From IMG/VR virus record IMGVR_UViG_3300045988_047360: a stretch of DNA of 40,330 bases. One strand, given 5' to 3'. The notes under the pieces were generated by a model, which saw only the letters and a program-made list of their open reading frames with translations, ran no database searches and was not told the origin of the DNA. This document shows positions 39,466 to 40,330 of the stretch, piece by piece. This DNA comes from a virus. The translations under genes and the position numbers were made by a program. The first letter of the stretch is position 1; each line of letters starts with the position of its first letter.

Positions 39466-39742
39466 CGTCCGCCCCTTCTTTCAAGGGAACATAGGCAATA
39501 AACTTGACGCCGTGATACATGGCGGAAAGGATCTTCCCTTCTCCGGGATATATGCGCTCTGCCCGCGCCTGCTCCCCGAAAAGTTCCAGCATCTTTTCAG
39601 ATGACAACTGCACATACCCAGTACCGATAGCGCAAAAGCCGGCGCCATCCTCGTCGAGAAGGTCTTCCTCATACAACTTTGCATACTCCTTCTGAATGCC
39701 GCAGAGCTGATCCAGCCTGCGTTCCTGTTTCTTCGTGATCAT
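39455..39742 (-). CDS. Hypothetical protein (95 aa)
   Basis: AAGGGAG RBS before MITKKQERRLDQL. Confidence 0.55.
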   Translation of the reverse strand: MITKKQERRLDQLCGIQKEYAKLYEEDLLDEDGAGFCAIGTGYVQLSSEKMLELFGEQARAERIYPGEGKILSAMYHGVKFIAYVPLKEGADDAV

Positions 39743-39938
39743 TTTTCAATCTCCCTTCGTTCCATGCCCGCGTTGCCGCGTTCATGGTGTGGTATATGTA
39801 AGTCCGTGCTCCGCATGTGGAGCATATGACGCAATGACGTTCCAAAACGCTGTCTGCGCTTCGGCGCTCGCCGCTGTAGCTCCCGCATCTGGGGCAGGCA
39901 TTCAGCCCGCGGCGCGGTCTTTTGTGCCCGGCGTTCAT
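39669..39938 (-). CDS. Lar-family restriction alleviation-like zinc-ribbon protein
   Basis: CPRCGS..HCVICSTCGARTY..AATRAWNEGRL. ATGA coupling upstream. The 3' end overlaps the next gene by 74 nt. Confidence 0.55.
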   Translation of the reverse strand: MNAGHKRPRRGLNACPRCGSYSGERRSADSVLERHCVICSTCGARTYIYHTMNAATRAWNEGRLKNDHEETGTQAGSALRHSEGVCKVV

Positions 39939-40330
39939 TCCTTTACCTCAGCAAGCCGGTTCCCTTTTACCGTGTACCAGGTATCAGCCTTGACCTTTTC
40001 GCCGTCAACTTTTACGGTTTTCAAAATCTCGATTTCCCCATCATCATCTGTTTTCACAAGCACCAAAACGGCGCCAATGCCGCCCTTTGCTTTCGGATCT
40101 GTGCCGCGCACTACGGCAACACCGTTTTTGCCGCAAGCGGAATTGCCACCAGACAGTGCATAGCCCCAGTTTCCGGCTGTCGCTGCACCCCAGTTCCCGG
40201 CTGTCGCTGCACCACGGTCCCCGGCTGTCGCTGCACCACAGTTCCCGGCTGTTGCTGCGCCATAGTTCCCGGCTGTCGCTGCACCCCAGTTCCCGGCTGT
40301 CGCTGCGCCACTGTACCCGGCTGTCGCTGC
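39935..40330 (-). CDS. C-terminal part of the DUF7666-like octapeptide-repeat protein (runs off the window end and continues at nt 1-175)
   Basis: 7 x AATAGxxG, then YALSGGNSACGKNGVAVVRGTDPKAKGGIGAVLVLVKTDDDGEIEILKTVKVDGEKVKADTWYTVKGNRLAEVKE, then stop. Confidence 0.7.
   Translation of the reverse strand, partial: AATAGYSGAATAGNWGAATAGNYGAATAGNCGAATAGDRGAATAGNWGAATAGNWGYALSGGNSACGKNGVAVVRGTDPKAKGGIGAVLVLVKTDDDGEIEILKTVKVDGEKVKADTWYTVKGNRLAEVKE
40163..40330 (-). repeat. 24-nt in-frame tandem repeat, 7 units (AATAG-x-x-G)
   Basis: Variable positions only in codons 6-7 of each unit (YS, NW, NY, NC, DR, NW, NW). Confidence 0.9.

Larger units (their letters stand above)
1..40330. mobile_element. 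Complete temperate siphovirus-like phage genome, circularly permuted (unique length about 40,281 bp)
   Basis: Contiguous lysogeny, recombination/replication, packaging, head, tail and lysis modules. Integrase lies next to an attP-like tRNA fragment. Nt 1-49 are identical to nt 40282-40330 and one gene reads in frame across that junction. Confidence 0.85.

Overview
The window is one complete, circularly permuted temperate siphovirus-type phage genome. Its unique length is about 40.28 kb. Protein families suggest a Gram-positive, probably Clostridia-like host, but that is inference only. Nt 1-49 are identical to nt 40282-40330, and one gene reads in frame across this junction.

Layout: a plus-strand lysogeny island at 2150-6060 carries a CI-like repressor, a PD-(D/E)xK nuclease, a lipoprotein, a membrane-anchored XRE protein and a tyrosine integrase. 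It ends at an attP that holds the 3' part of tRNA-Ser(GCU). Everything else is one long minus-strand array. In transcription order this array is: Cro-like gene, antirepressor, then across the junction a DUF7666-like repeat protein. Next come Lar-like and zinc-ribbon proteins, Erf, NinB-like, HNH, SSB, a replisome organizer and a DnaC-like loader. These are followed by RusA, a PAPS-reductase-like gene, small early genes, and an ORF-free region of about 680 nt. After that come TerS, TerL, portal, a MuF-toxin fusion, scaffold, major capsid, connectors, major tail protein, chaperones and an 878-aa tape measure. The array ends with tail tip and fibre genes, XhlA, holin, an M15 endolysin, and an 8-gene cargo cassette next to attP.

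Most notable observations:
1. Two convergent near-consensus promoters, a shared bidirectional terminator and a Shine-Dalgarno (SD)-sequestering hairpin surround an unannotated 29-aa hydrophobic peptide between holin and endolysin. This looks like a type I toxin-antitoxin module or an antisense lysis switch.
2. A terminator-bounded cargo cassette of unknown function includes a BclA-C/C1q-like protein and a Gly-rich membrane protein.
3. The MuF head protein is fused to an anthrax-lethal-factor-like zincin domain.
4. There are 11-bp phased repeat arrays inside the replisome-organizer gene and upstream of terS, plus a striking array of paired G5 tracts.
5. A single in-frame TAA interrupts the octapeptide-repeat protein.
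6. The lysis-lysogeny switch has face-to-face promoters.

No CRISPR array, rRNA gene or complete tRNA gene was seen. All functional calls rest on motif recognition by eye, not on database searches.
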